A DNA stretch of 54,784 bases from Callorhinchus milii (lineage: Eukaryota). Position 1 is the first letter of the stretch, and every line of letters starts with the position of its first letter. A program made the translations under genes and the position numbers. The notes below the pieces were generated by a model. It was not told the origin of the DNA. It made no database searches and saw nothing but the letters and a program-made list of their open reading frames with translations. This document shows positions 1 through 12,903 of this stretch, piece after piece. Location of the stretch: contig NW_024705315.1 in the NCBI RefSeq assembly GCF_018977255.1, positions 1-54,784 on the forward strand. Direction: 5' to 3'.

Positions 1-1921
1 TCATTGCTTTCATGGCTTTGTTTTGGTGATTCTAAAAAGGTTTAGCTATGTTTGTTTGTTGTAGTACAGAGTTAAACTGATGGCCTTAATCTAAGTTGTC
101 TTGTGGTTGTTGTTTAAATTGCATCCCACTGGGATTTTTGCACACAGCGTTGGTGTACGGTGGTTTTTTTTTGCAATATTTTGCTGTCTTTTCTGGATTT
201 TCTGTTTGCACTTTAAGATGTTTTTTGTTCATGTTTTAGTTTTTTGTTTGTTGCGGATACACCCGATTCAAGAGCCGAATGGCTCACAGGGCTATACCTA
301 ATAAATGAACTTGAACTTGAGTGGCTCCTATTTTGAACAAAATAATGAAGGGGCAAACCGTGGCGGTGAGCTGTAGGAAGGTGTATGCCCCACGCGTGGA
401 GTGGTGATTGTTCCTGCCTGCACTGAAGGTTAACATCAGTGTCGGGATGCGGGCAAGGCCGATTAGTCATATGCCTTTCATAATATCCCATATTATAACC
501 ATACTGCTCGAATGAATACGAACTGCGGGCTGCGGGATTTGAATTGCATTATAATCACTCGTATCACATTGTGGTCGTTATTAGATTCACACAATCCACT
601 GCTGGATCTGCCCTCTCAATGGATTCGAGAGTAGGATGGCGACAGCGCCGCAGCTGGATGCAGTCCCGGATCGCTCTCACAGTTTATCAACCGTAACCAC
701 ACCTCGTACCTTACCCACTTCCTTCTTCACTCACCACCGCTCTTCTTACTTTCATCTTCTATCATATAATTTATTTTATTCTTTCATTATTACTTTGGCG
801 TCGCCCGAGTTTTGGGTGGCGGCAGATCCCTGCACCCAACCCCGCCAGCCTCCGTGTTCACTGCACACGCCCCGCGGCGCGACAACAGCTGACAAATGCC
901 GGCTGCTGCAGTGTCACACAACCCGCCTAAACTGCCGCATCGCACAGAAGATTGTATAATAATAAATAGTATAAAAGTGTAATGTTTAATATAATGTATA
1001 AGGTAATAAAGTAATTGTATAGTGAATATACAGCAGTGTGGTATACTGTAGAGTGGGTAGAATAATACATAGTGTAATATTATAATGTATAGTCTAAGGT
1101 AGAAATTATAATATAAAACACTCGTTTTCTAGAAGCACCCCGCTCAACACGATTGTCCTTAAATATATTTATGAAACAAAGTCAGTACAGTATAAACTTG
1201 CACATCGTATTCCAAATCAAGCTCGAGATCACCAATTTTGATATTTCAGGCTGTATGTCGCTTTATAATCCTCTAAACTTGCAGCAGTTTAGAGGACATT
1301 GGGGGTGAATATTAGCAAATTAACACGAATCATGGAATTATGCATGGAGATGCACATCCTTATTCAAACGGAAGTGTACAATTATGCAGTGAGATGTACA
1401 TACGTATTATGTTGCTAGATATGCGGATTGTTAATGTAAAAATTTACAATTGAATGCAAAGTCCATAATAGGCCAAGTCGAGAACAAAGGATTTGGATGC
1501 TAGAGCGAAGTTATAAGGGGCTTAAAATCAGACCTCAGGGTCATTTCGAGACGGATTTTGCTGAGGATAGACGCTCGACTCCTCGCTCTGCAGATAACCC
1601 TTCTTCCACGAGACCCAGCCTGGCGAGCACGATTGCTTGGCGACTGGTTGGCGACTTCGCTTCGGGAGAGTTCGTGGCAATCTCTTCAGACGGGTTACAG
1701 GGACATCGATACGACGTGCATCCACAAGTAAGTGTCTTTGTTAGTGGATAAACTGGTAATTGCGTGTGTAGTCCGACTTACGAGACGTTACTGTGTCTCA
1801 GTTAGACGTTGGTAAGAGTTTGCTTCTTGGCGATTTGAGCCAGACATCCACGCAGCTTAGAGGGCGCCTTTTACTCTCAACAACATCCGCGACAGTTTCT
1901 CTGCTCTGAAGAATCAGTCAC

Positions 1922-2911
1922 ATGGAGCAGAAAAACTCTCCACAGCGCCACGCACACACGGGTAAGAAGCCATTCAATTGCTCTGTTTGTGTGAAGGCAT
2001 TTGCACGTAAAGCAGATCTTCACAGGCACCAGAAAACACACACGGGCGAAAAGCCGTTCAATTGCTCTGTGTGTGGGAAGTCATTTTCACAGAAATCAAA
2101 TCTTCACAGTCACCAGAAAACACACACGGGTGAGAAGCCATTCAAGTGCTCTGTGTGTGGGAAGGCATTTGCCCGTAAAGCAGAACTTCACATTCACCAA
2201 AAAACACACACGGGCGAGAAGCCGTTCAATTGTTCTGTGTGTGGGAAGGCATTTGCACGGACATCAAATCTTCACCGTCACCAAAAAACACACAAGGGCG
2301 AGAAGCCGTTCAATTGCGCTGTGTGTGGGAAGGCATTTGTACAGAAATCACATCTTCACAGTCACCAGAAAACACACACGGGCGAGAAGCCATTCAATTG
2401 CTCTGTGTGTGAGAAGTCATTTGCACAGAAATCAAATCTTCACAGTCACCAGAAAACACACACGGGCGAGAAGCCGTTCAATTGCTCTGTGTGTGGGAAG
2501 GCATTTGCACGGAAATCAAATCTTCACAGTCACCAGAAAACACACACGGGCGAGAATCCATTCAATTGTTCTCCGTTGGAGAGGACACGGTCATCAACCC
2601 GAAACAAGCATGAGAAGATCCGCAATGATAGGGAAGTGAAATCAAAAGGTGAAACACAAAGTGCTGCAATGAGTCCTGAAAAAAATGCATCTTTCGAACC
2701 TATGCAGGTGGATCCTGAGAGATGCGTGGATGTAGTGGATGTAATGAGTCCTGACGACAATTCCTATTTCGACCCCATGCAGTTGGATCCTGCGAGATGG
2801 CTGGATGTACTGAGCCCTGACGCCAATTCTTTTTTTGACCCCATGCAGGTTGATAATGAGAAATGGCTGCTGGAGTGGCTGGATAATCAAAGTATTGAGT
2901 ACTTCTGTTAA
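1922..2911 (+). CDS. C2H2 (Kruppel-type) zinc-finger protein, 7 tandem fingers plus acidic C-terminal repeats
   Basis: 329-aa ORF with seven CxxC-x12-HxxxH fingers joined by TGEKPF linkers. The C-terminus has three SPxxNxxF[DE]PMQ[VL]D repeats. It may be the last exon of a longer gene, since the N-terminal HAHTGKKPF looks like the end of a lost finger. Confidence 0.9.
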   Translation: MEQKNSPQRHAHTGKKPFNCSVCVKAFARKADLHRHQKTHTGEKPFNCSVCGKSFSQKSNLHSHQKTHTGEKPFKCSVCGKAFARKAELHIHQKTHTGEKPFNCSVCGKAFARTSNLHRHQKTHKGEKPFNCAVCGKAFVQKSHLHSHQKTHTGEKPFNCSVCEKSFAQKSNLHSHQKTHTGEKPFNCSVCGKAFARKSNLHSHQKTHTGENPFNCSPLERTRSSTRNKHEKIRNDREVKSKGETQSAAMSPEKNASFEPMQVDPERCVDVVDVMSPDDNSYFDPMQLDPARWLDVLSPDANSFFDPMQVDNEKWLLEWLDNQSIEYFC

Positions 2912-3024
2912 AGTCCTGGAATGTGCACGTTTGTGTCTCTGTTAGATCAATGTATTAGGTGCAATTGATTATATCAGTGATTTCCAGCACTACTCCAAGA
3001 TAGTGTCATTATTTTAACAAAACC

Positions 3025-3208
3025 GATTGATTGCTCTGTGTGTTGGAAGCATTTTCACGGTCAGCAACACTTCACAGGCATCATCAAACAAAGAGTAAAA
3101 TGTTGTTATGAGTCCTAAACGAAATTCCTCTTTCAACCTCGTACAGTTGCATCCTGAGAGATGGCTTGATGCAGTGGAGTGGCTGGAGAGTCATATTCGT
3201 GTCTCTTA
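3025..3208 (+). pseudogene. Decayed partial duplicate of the zinc-finger gene 3' end
   Basis: A broken finger (tgctctgtgtgttggaagcattt...cttcacaggcatc) is followed by MSPKRNSSFNLVQLHPERWLDAVEWLE, a fourth copy of the C-terminal repeat. Confidence 0.7.
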
Positions 3209-3329
3209 TATATATATATTTCGGTGATTTCTAGGACTTTAAGGGAGAGTGATGCTGTGAATGCTCAATAATGTGTTCAGATGAATGTCTTCCTTTTAAG
3301 TTCCAGAAGAGTTCACTGATTTCAGAATG

Positions 3330-3359
3330 NNNNNNNNNNNNNNNNNNNNNNNNNNNNNN
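3330..3359. other. Assembly gap (30 N)
   Basis: Run of n characters. Confidence 0.98.
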
Positions 3360-6300
3360 GTGTTTCACAATACCCGGGGACAGGCACTCACCAAGGTGCG
3401 TATTGCCTCTCGCACGGTCCATAGCCTGGTGTCCGTACTATTTAACATTTAAGAGCCATGCTCCCTGAAAAGGACCGATGAATGTCCGTTTACTGTGTCT
3501 ACTGGAGTCCGATCTCCGGTGTCTGGTCCAGTTTGTAACGGGGTTTGGAACGATGAGCCTCGAGTCTTGAGAGCACACGGTTCAAGTGCTCAAGGCCAGT
3601 AACCACAGGCTTTTCAGTTCAAAGGATTTGGGCGCTTTTACGCAAACTACACTTAGTTAGGTACGGAAGACCCACTGACAGTAGTCCCAAAATTCGATCT
3701 GCAAGGTAAACAAATCTCTTCACTTGCGACCTTATCTCCGTCGCATCACAGAAGATCTGCACTGCGTTGTCCTGGATGGTCGGAGTATGACACGTCTCCG
3801 TGACGGCTAGACAAGAGAGTTCACGTTTTTCCCACTCGCATTCTGCAGATATACCTACTCGGTAATACTCTGAGTACAATATACTTTGAGATTAACTTAC
3901 ATCCCCAGTAAAATCGGAATGATCACGTTTGCGGGTGCCTCTTTCATGAACTATTCTATAAGAAACAGCGAGCTGGCTTACTCTGCATAGTGCCCAAACC
4001 AAGGTGTCGATATCGCTCCCCCCATGTGCCTTTATGTTGCAGGGATCATTTTTGTCTATCTCCCACCCGGAGGCTGTTGACGTCTGTCTTTTGTTGGTAT
4101 CCGTTGAGGGGTTGTTGGTACTCAGGTCAATCACCCAGTCAAAATCGTCCCGACTCCGCGGCGACTCCAGTTACCACGAAGCGGGAAACCCACCTCATGT
4201 AGATGGAGGCCGGGGCGCAGATCTATAGCAGATTGTTGCAGACTCTCATGGCCCTTTTTCCGGTTCAACACAAGAGTCACGGAAGACGGACCATACTGAG
4301 ATCTACTCTGAATCTTTGGCTCTATGTGACGCACTCGTCAATCGAATTGCATCAACGGATTAGGTTGGGTAGTGGTTGTCGTCCGGGCTGTTGATTGATC
4401 GATCCCTGACAGTAGGTCTAATGCTTTTCAGCGAGACTGTGAGCGGGCTAACCTCCACCCTTCAAGATCAAGACTAAGCTGCACACGGTGCGCATAAGAA
4501 AGAGTCACCAGGGCAAAGACTAGAAGCAGAGGAGCTCTTGCCGTACAAAGGATTGCGAGCGTGATCACGGGTTCTCGGATAAATTCCGCGTGCGTAGGTT
4601 TGGCACTAAAGCACTAAAGAGGGGGAACGCGCTGGTCTGCTTACATTTTGGGGTGCGGAGAATAACAGACAGGTTAATGCACCTCTCAACTGTGAACGCA
4701 GCGTTTGGGAGTAATCTTTGAGGTACCCTTGTATACAAGGCAAACAAGTTTGCGCGCATCCTTAGCCCCATAACTCGAGTCACATCAACAACTGGGCCGA
4801 GTGAGCACGTTGTAGATCACTCGGCCTAGTACGAGATGGGCGTTCGCGTAGTCGTGCTAATTCTGTCGTCTAGCCCTCTGTGCCTAAGTTCTCCTTGAAC
4901 ATCCTATGGGTCCTACGTTAAGATTACTTGACGATGTCCGTGGGTAGTCTCAACGCTCGCAGCGACCACAGTGGTGTCGGAGTATTAGGCTGAGAGGGGT
5001 GAATGATGTGGAACAATAGTCCAGTGGGGCCTCAAGATTGGAGAGCATCCTAAGTGTTCTAACAACGACTGCCATTAAACATGTGCTGGTATGAGTGCAA
5101 CAGGGGCTATATCTTAAGGGCATGCTCTTCGGCCTCAACACGACTACTAATACTATGTCCACGCTGCAATGGGAGGGGACTTTTGACCGAGTTCTTCACA
5201 ATATCTTGTTTCCGAACAAGCGATATGGACGTGTGATTCCCGATTGGCTTTCCCGCTTGGTGGGCAGGGGAAAAGTAGCGTTGGATCGTCAGGAACTTGT
5301 GTTGCGCCCCTATCACAATAAAGGCCCTCATATGCTCCACGATCTCTTTCTCCCCGCTCATGAGTAAGTACGCTAGAAAAATATCGCTACTCTCACGGGA
5401 TCCGCGACGCTTACTGACATGCGCTCGGCCGCGGGATGGACTCAGCCCAAAGCGAGTGGTTCAGTGCTTGATACCTTGTGCAGGACGACCAGCAGTCCTG
5501 AGACTAGTGAGGCGGCAACCCGGGTAAGTACGTGGACGGTGATCGAGAGGTCTAAGATTCTAGGCCCCTCCCCGGAGAGGCTCGGACGGCGAACGTCACC
5601 TGCCATTTGTTAGAATTATAATTTGGGCCTGTCTAGTGTTAACAGAGCATGGTGATGCGCCTCCCCTTCTTGAGCACTATATATTCAGCAGGTAACTGAG
5701 ATTATAAGGCACTTTAGTGGAGCATCGACCTTGCCTGGGCTCGGTTCGATTGTAGGCACGACCTAAGAACGACATTGAAGAGGACAAAGGTCACCTAGGC
5801 CGAGGTCAGGTCACGCTCAGCCACCCCAAGAAAAATTGTACAGGTCACTCGTAGTGGAGAAGGTCTTGTGGGTGGGGAATACTGAGCGCCGGTATAGTAA
5901 CTCTTAGGATTATGGGTCGGGTCTCGCCCCTCTAAATGCTCAATGTACTAATATGGTTAAAAGCTCAAATCCTAGAACCTAACCTTAACCTTGCCGAGGC
6001 AAGGGCGGTAATACCGCCCCCTAAATATGCCACATTTAGTTGAATCCCCTCCGTATGTGTGGTCGTCTTGGTCAAGGCCCGCAAGTGGCTTATCGTCTGA
6101 GCTCAGGGCACGCGGGATGCGCTCAACCGACTAATACCAAAAGCCAGGAGGAGACTGGCTTTCTATATATCAAGTTTGTAAGCCAGTGTCGGATCGGGAC
6201 TTAACTTAACAGGTAGATTATGTTCTGGTTCTAGTATGGCATGGGGCTCGTGAATCAGTACGTCCCGGCCACGCCGTAGCGGAGGTGCAGCCCTCATTTC

Positions 6301-9300
6301 GCTACATCGGACATTATGGTATAACTCACGCTTGAGGGCTCGCAATTTTGCATGGGTAACGGGTCTCATAGCTTTTGTAGCGGTGCTCGTCGTCTGATGT
6401 GATGAATGTAAAGGTTCAACGATGCACTAGAAGTTACTCCTTTGGTGGTGAAGAAATGTGTATTCTCCCCAGTGCCCGGGGATAATTATGTAGTCTTGCG
6501 GTCCAAACCATTCGTCGTCTATTGAGATACCAATCACCAGCCCAAAAAACCGTGTCTAGATAGAAGGACGAGCACGGTCTCCAGCTTGCGTAGGTGTCTG
6601 TCCTCAAGCGATTGACGCCACACTACCAAGTATATGCGGTATTTTCCTTTTATCCTTACCGAAATCAAATTTTCGGACGGAAATAAGAAGAGCCGCCTGA
6701 CATCCCACCTCCTTACATACAACTTTGGCTCGGTCTAGCCATAGGATTAATAGAGATTCGCGAAACCGACCTTTGGAAAATGCAGTAGCCCTACACGTCG
6801 ATCGTGATGAACCTCTTTGTTGGGCCTTTTCTGCGGCATATGACGTAAACAATAACAAAGTGAACAGCGTATCCCAGACGGAATCACACTGGTCAACAAG
6901 TGCAGTTCGTTTCCGCGACCAGACGAGATAGGGTATCTACACTAAGAGATTTTCACCCATTTTATCTGAGGCCAGGTTTGAAACGATTGATCCTAGTGCA
7001 CTATACTACGAAGTATAATTACAGGAACATACATGACGTCGTCCCCAAGGCTCCCTTCGTTTGGAGTATGAGGACTCGAGGACTTCGACATCGCGGGAAC
7101 GCTTCCAGCGGTAGGCTGTAAGTGTTGTATCTCATCCAAACGCGTGCATCCCGCCCTCCAAGCACACATCGCATCTCAGGATACCCGTACGGTAAACGGC
7201 TCAGAATATAATGGTATAGACTATACCCACTACTACAAGATCCTATCATGGGAATAGCATTATTCCGACCGGGGCATCCTCTATGCGGAGACGGAGCACA
7301 AAAGCAGTAATTAATCGAGGTAAATCGTAAGAACACCAGTGGTTGCGAAATATCCGTAGAGAACACTTGGGCGATGCACCACTTCACTGTTAGTCTTTTC
7401 CAATCTACCCGGCTAAGCAAGCAGTAGATGACAACGGGCGTGACCCCAAACAGGATAGCCTGCCCTGTTATAACCACGTATCCAAAGCACAAACTGCGTG
7501 GCTAGACGAGATCAAGTCTCCTCTCCAGTCGGTATTGGCTAATGGAATTGGATCTTGAAGATGTAATCCATGAGCGCTTAGGCTTAGCTAGTTCCATAGG
7601 AGTAAGCAGTGAGTGCCGTCCGAGCACGTGTTATTGGCAATGGCTCGGGGGTCACGGGTAGGTCTGGTTCCCGGGGTAGTATCGAATGACAAGACTAAGA
7701 GTTCTAGGGCAAGCGTTTCCGCATAACACTGCAGGTTACTGTGTGCGTCAACTTCGAGGGTCTGTATTCGCTTTCAAGGCAGGTTGGAGGGTTACACTTA
7801 CCTGTTGGCTTAAGCACCAGATCCATCCTTTCTCACACATCAGAGCTCGGAGTCGTCAACTCCTCAGCGCATGGATGGCATATGAGTCCTTTGGAATATC
7901 TGCGGAGAGCAAGAACAGATGCGGACCACCATCCAACGCGATCGTAAGTTGAACATAGTCGATCGCTAACAATCAGCATGTCTCAGAGGCCCGCGCCCGC
8001 GGGGCCTAGGCCCGATCGTGAATCAACTAATTGTGCAGCGCTGGGCGCAGTCATAAAGATGACTGTGCTCAGGATACTTCCAGCTACATTGCTTCATTCC
8101 CACTGGAAGTGACCGGAAAAGGAAGGGACCCCAATGTGTACAAGAGTTTAACCACATCGATCCTGCAAGCATTTAAAGTGCTATTGAATTGTACCCCCGA
8201 GGGACACCTTACATAGATCAGCCTCTACTATGGCAACTATGCCTCCCTCACCGAAAAGATTATCCATTCCCGTCCGCTAAATAGCCAAAGATGCACTGCC
8301 ATCCAATGATTTTCAAATATTAACGATAGGAGGGAGCAGAGGATGAGGCGGTCTGTTCGTCAGTCGAACCCGTGCTGCATAACCAGGCGGAGCAGGAAGG
8401 TTGAGACGTAAGCAAGGGCATACAGCTATCCGGCGATCCACGTTTCTGGTCATCATAGCTTATGATTCGGCTGGATCACCAGGAGATACCAGAGGATGCT
8501 ACGTTTTCGGCCAAAGTTTCTCGAGGTTCATCGACCAGCACTATTAGGCGCCCCCTCTTCTAATAAAAGCCTCCCTGGTCGGTATGGGTTCTCCCTTGTA
8601 TGCTCAGAAACAGCGGGCAGACCCCTCAGTGGTACGTAGCAGATTGAGTAAAGTATAAGGAATCCAACATACCTCGAGATAACCGTTGAGCGACCCCCGT
8701 CGGGGGATCGCGAGGCTGCGGCTTCATTTTGCAGGGTTATTTTAGCAGGACCTTGCATCCGCACTTAGGTTTTATTGGATTGACCAAGCTGAACCGTATA
8801 ACGTTTAGCCCATAGCACGTACAACCCCCACCGTGCAAAGTATAAAGTTTTCTATCCGATGATACGAATGGTCGGTTTTAGTACTCGCATCAAGTAAAGG
8901 GAATTGTTGCGCAGCTACAAACGGCTCTAAGTGCTTGACGTTGGAGGGGTAGCTTAAAAGTTGAGTTTGGTCCCATAGGGTGGATTCGATGGAACGCTCC
9001 TCTAAGCGAGCGGCGTAGAACCTTCCTACTCACTCAGCAGGAACACTCCTTCTAGGTTGGCGGAAATTTATCACAGATATCGTTACTCATTCCGGAAGAT
9101 CTAGATGTGTATAACTCTCCGACCTTTTCGATAACCAACGCGCTTAGCATACCCGTTCGGATCCACGCGCACGCCTGGATGGCACCTATTCCTGCGGCCT
9201 GACTGTTCGCGGCGTGTGGCTACAGGCCTGGATCCGGCTGTTCAGTCTAGCTGAATGTATGTTCAAGGCTGAAGTATAAGACAACACAGGTAGCAGAATA

Positions 9301-9989
9301 TGATTGAATGTCAACTGACCGGTAAGAGGCGGTGATGGGTTTCCTATCGTGACTCAACCATCTAGGCGGACAGTAAACAAAATCTTTTCGCCACTCGCCA
9401 GCATATATACTTAGTGTATGAGCGGCTACGCAGGCTACCTGCCGGCATATTCGCGCAGTCGGTTTCCCAAGTATAAGAGGAGCGTAGCGCCGCATGCTCA
9501 CATCCTAACAGGCACCATATATGCAAATCTGTAAGCATTGACTTAGATCTCTGGTGGTCCGAGAAAAGCCTTAAATAGCGAGGGGCTACCCTTTTACCTA
9601 TTCTACAGGTCACCAAAAACGAGTGTGGACACAGGGACAATCTTAAACGTAGGTCCCCTCAGTTCGCCCCTATCGGTCCCTATCTGTCTCCAATAGGGGC
9701 TGTAGTCAAGCCGTAAGGGTTTGTCGCGAAATACACTAGGTGGCCGTTGACTTACAATTTACCCCTGGACCCGAGCAATAACGGCCGTTTTCAATGTCCA
9801 TCAGAGCTTTACAGGCGCTTGACTGTCATGCCCTTGGGCTCCCCTCTACAGGAATTTCCAATGGTTCTGGGGCAGTATGACAAGATGGTCAATGGGCGTA
9901 CGGGGTACTACCCGAGTAATGGCGCTCCATCATATTGCGCAGGTTACCTAGGCTCCGGCCTAGTGATACCCATTCGGGGCTGGATGTCA

Positions 9990-10490
9990 CGGACGAGAAG
10001 ACATACACACACGAGTGTGCATCCAAACACGACTGTATATACAGCGGTGTGCATTCACACACGAGTGTGCATGTGTTTCTACGAGTTTTAACGGTGAACA
10101 CGTGTGGAGGCGAGTTTCAGGTGAAGCATCTTCAACACACAAGTTTATCCTTAACTGGCAGCATCGTGGCAGTCCGCTGGTCACACTCACTACATCCACA
10201 CACGAATGGACATACACAGCGCTGTAGAAACATACACGAATGTGCATACACACTGCTTCATACATACACACACGGGTGCACATGCATACAAGTGCGCATA
10301 CACACACGAGTGTACATACACAGCAGTGTACATACACAGGGATTGCGTTCTACTACACAAACAAATATGCGAACAAATGATTGTACATACCTATACACAT
10401 TCACGCATGTACATATCCACATCAACGAGTGTAAATAAACACACAAGTGGACATACACACAATTACAGATCCATGTACATACAAACAGGT
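9990..10490. repeat. Degenerate CA-rich low-complexity tract (ACACACGAGTGT-like units)
   Basis: Repeated catacacacacgagtgt-like words. The same word recurs at ~12422-12442. Confidence 0.6.
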
Positions 10491-11040
10491 TAAGCTGACG
10501 ATATGAATCTTAGATTCCCACAACACTGAAGTACGTTATGCTAATGACAGAAAAGCGTGCGGTTCTAATTCCTTCTCTGTTTCCACTCCAAACGCTTGGA
10601 ATTATTAACAATATTAGGAATATTGGCCTCGTATTTATTGAGTGTATTGAAGTCATAGGTTTAGTTTATTTGCATGAAGTCTTTTTCAAGTTCAAACTTC
10701 CATTTGCTTGCCATTGCTACGGCACACTGGTTCGGATTATTCTTGCCATTTATAAAATCTTGCTATAATCATTTTCTTCATGAATTTATTTGCATTCAAT
10801 TGCTATTCACGGTACTAAAGCTCCTCATATCTAGCAACATACCTAAGCTCATGTGGCCATTGTGCTTAAGCCTAAGTAGGAATATGCTGAATCATCGTTC
10901 GCTTCCGTTTGAATAGGGATGGGTATCTCCTTGAATAATCATGTGCATGTTGTTAGTTTGCACATTTACAATGGCCTGTAAACTGTGATCAATTTATCGG
11001 CTTTATCTGTGAAAATAAGTATACAATGTTGCAATGCTGA

Positions 11041-12385
11041 TGGAGATCATCATCATGGCTTGGCTTCGCGAACGAAGATCTAGGAAGGACATCCACGTCT
11101 TCTGCAGGCACGCTGGTGGCTGTCGAGGCCTATGCGGGACAAGCAGGTCCTGCCACAACGGCTGCAAGTATAGGTCTGATCTGGGATGGGTGCTGAGGGA
11201 TCACAGTTCTTCCTCCTTCTCCTTTTGTCCTCCACACGGGCCCTGCGGGTATCTTCGAAGAAGGAGGTGGCCTGGTGGACTGTGTGCTGCCAGGAGTTGC
11301 GATCAGCTGCTTGTGTTGCCCACTGACGGTGATCGATGCAGCAAGCAGTGAGGGACTTCTTCAGGGAGTCTTTGTATCATTTTCGTGGTGCCCCTATGTC
11401 GCGATGGCCAGAGGACAGTTCCCCATACAGCACAATCTTAGGTAAGCAGTGGTTCTCCATCCTAGCGATGTGCCCTGCCCAACGAAGCTGTATCTTGAGG
11501 ACCATGGCCTCGATGCTGATGACCTCCGCTGACTCGAGGACTTCAGTGTTGGCGACGAAGTCACTCCAGTGAATATTGAAGATTGTGCGGAGGCAGCGCT
11601 GATGGAAACGCTCGAGGAGACTCAGGTGACGACGGTACGTGACGCCATACAGGAGAGTGGTCAGTACAATAGCTTTGTAGACGTTGACCTTCACGTCTCT
11701 TTTAAGGTTGCTGTTGTTCCAGACACGATTGTATAGTCTGCCGAATGCACTGTTTGCCTTGGCCAGCCTGTTGTTGACTTCTTTGTCGATCTTGGCGTCA
11801 GACGAAATCACGCATCCCAAGTAGTTGAACTGGTGGATAGCTTTCAGTTCTGTTTGTTCAATGAAGATGCCTGGTGGATGGTGCTCCTCATGGGGTGCGA
11901 GCTGATGAAAAACTTCAGTCTTCCTCAGGCTGACTTCAAGACCGAAGATCTGAGCTGTTTTTGCGAAACAGGACGTAATTCGCTGCATAGCTGCCTCTGT
12001 GTGAGCAAAGAGGGCGGCAACGTCAGCAAACAGCAGCTCCCTGATCAATTGCTCCATGGTCTTTGTGTGGGCTTGCAAACGCCTGAGGTTGAACACGCTC
12101 CAGTCGAGACGAAAACGGATGTATACGCCATCAGCGTCGTCGAGGTCCTCTGTGGCCTGCTGGAGCATCATGCCGAACAAAATGTTGAACTGCGTGGGAG
12201 CAAGAACACAGCCCTGTTTCACGAGGTGATCTTTAGCTATTGCGGGTACCAGTCTATTCAGCAGTACTCTTGCGAGGATTTTGCCGGCGACGGACAGAAG
12301 TGTTATGCCACGATAATTGTAACAGTTTTATTTCTCCCCTTTGTTCTTCTACAGGGTGATGATGACTGCATCTTTGAGGTCTCAT
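11041..12385 (-). mobile_element. RTE-clade LINE fragment (RT C-terminal half, C-terminal Cys/His knuckle), 5'-truncated and internally deleted
   Basis: ORF 11377-12222 has KQGCVLAP, LFAD(V), FNYLG and LRWAGHIARM. Region 12223-12380 encodes NYRGITLLSVAGKILARVLLNRL (early RT) fused directly to VKQGC. CSRCGRTCLSRIGLDSH lies near 11110-11165, and a short (GAT)n tail is at ~11045. Confidence 0.88.
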
Positions 12386-12715
12386 ACATAACGCAGAAGT
12401 AGATATACACACACATGAGTGAACATACACACACGAGTGTGCACGCGAATGAAAAACCTGATTTTTAAAAGTTATCTAATAGTTTGTTAACTGTACAATG
12501 CTTATATCACACACAGATGTACACACACACGAGCCAAAGACAAGAGAACATACACAGCAATGCAAATGCACACAGCCTTACAAGCTGTACCGTTTAGATG
12601 ATTATTAAAAGTTGATGACAGCAATTGTACTCTTGATTTGAAGCTGTCGTGACTGCAGGAATCAATACTCTTTGGTTCATTCGGTAAAGTTACGTAGGTA
12701 CAAAATGACACAAAT

Positions 12716-12756
12716 CACGACGTTTCGGGCGCAACACAAGCGTCCATCATCAGGTG
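12716..12756 (-). ncRNA. Minimal type I hammerhead ribozyme (Penelope pLTR)
   Basis: Minus strand reads cac-CUGAUGA-u-ggacgc-uuguguu-gcgccc-GAAA-cGUC-gug. Confidence 0.8.
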
Positions 12757-12903
12757 GGAAAGCGTGGTCTGCTGCTGAGGCAGACTGTTTTAAAAGGTTC
12801 GAAATGGGTGTAGCTCAAGGGTCATAAAGAAGTGGCCGGGGCTAGTCATGTTAATGTAAGAAATTAGCAAGTAAATGTAAGTTAGGTGAGAGGCCTCCTG
12901 AAC

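Noticed and set aside
6451..6525. GDNY as a possible viral RdRp motif C (GDNQ)
   Set aside because: It sits in a ~37-codon frame between stops with no motifs A or B; expected by chance.
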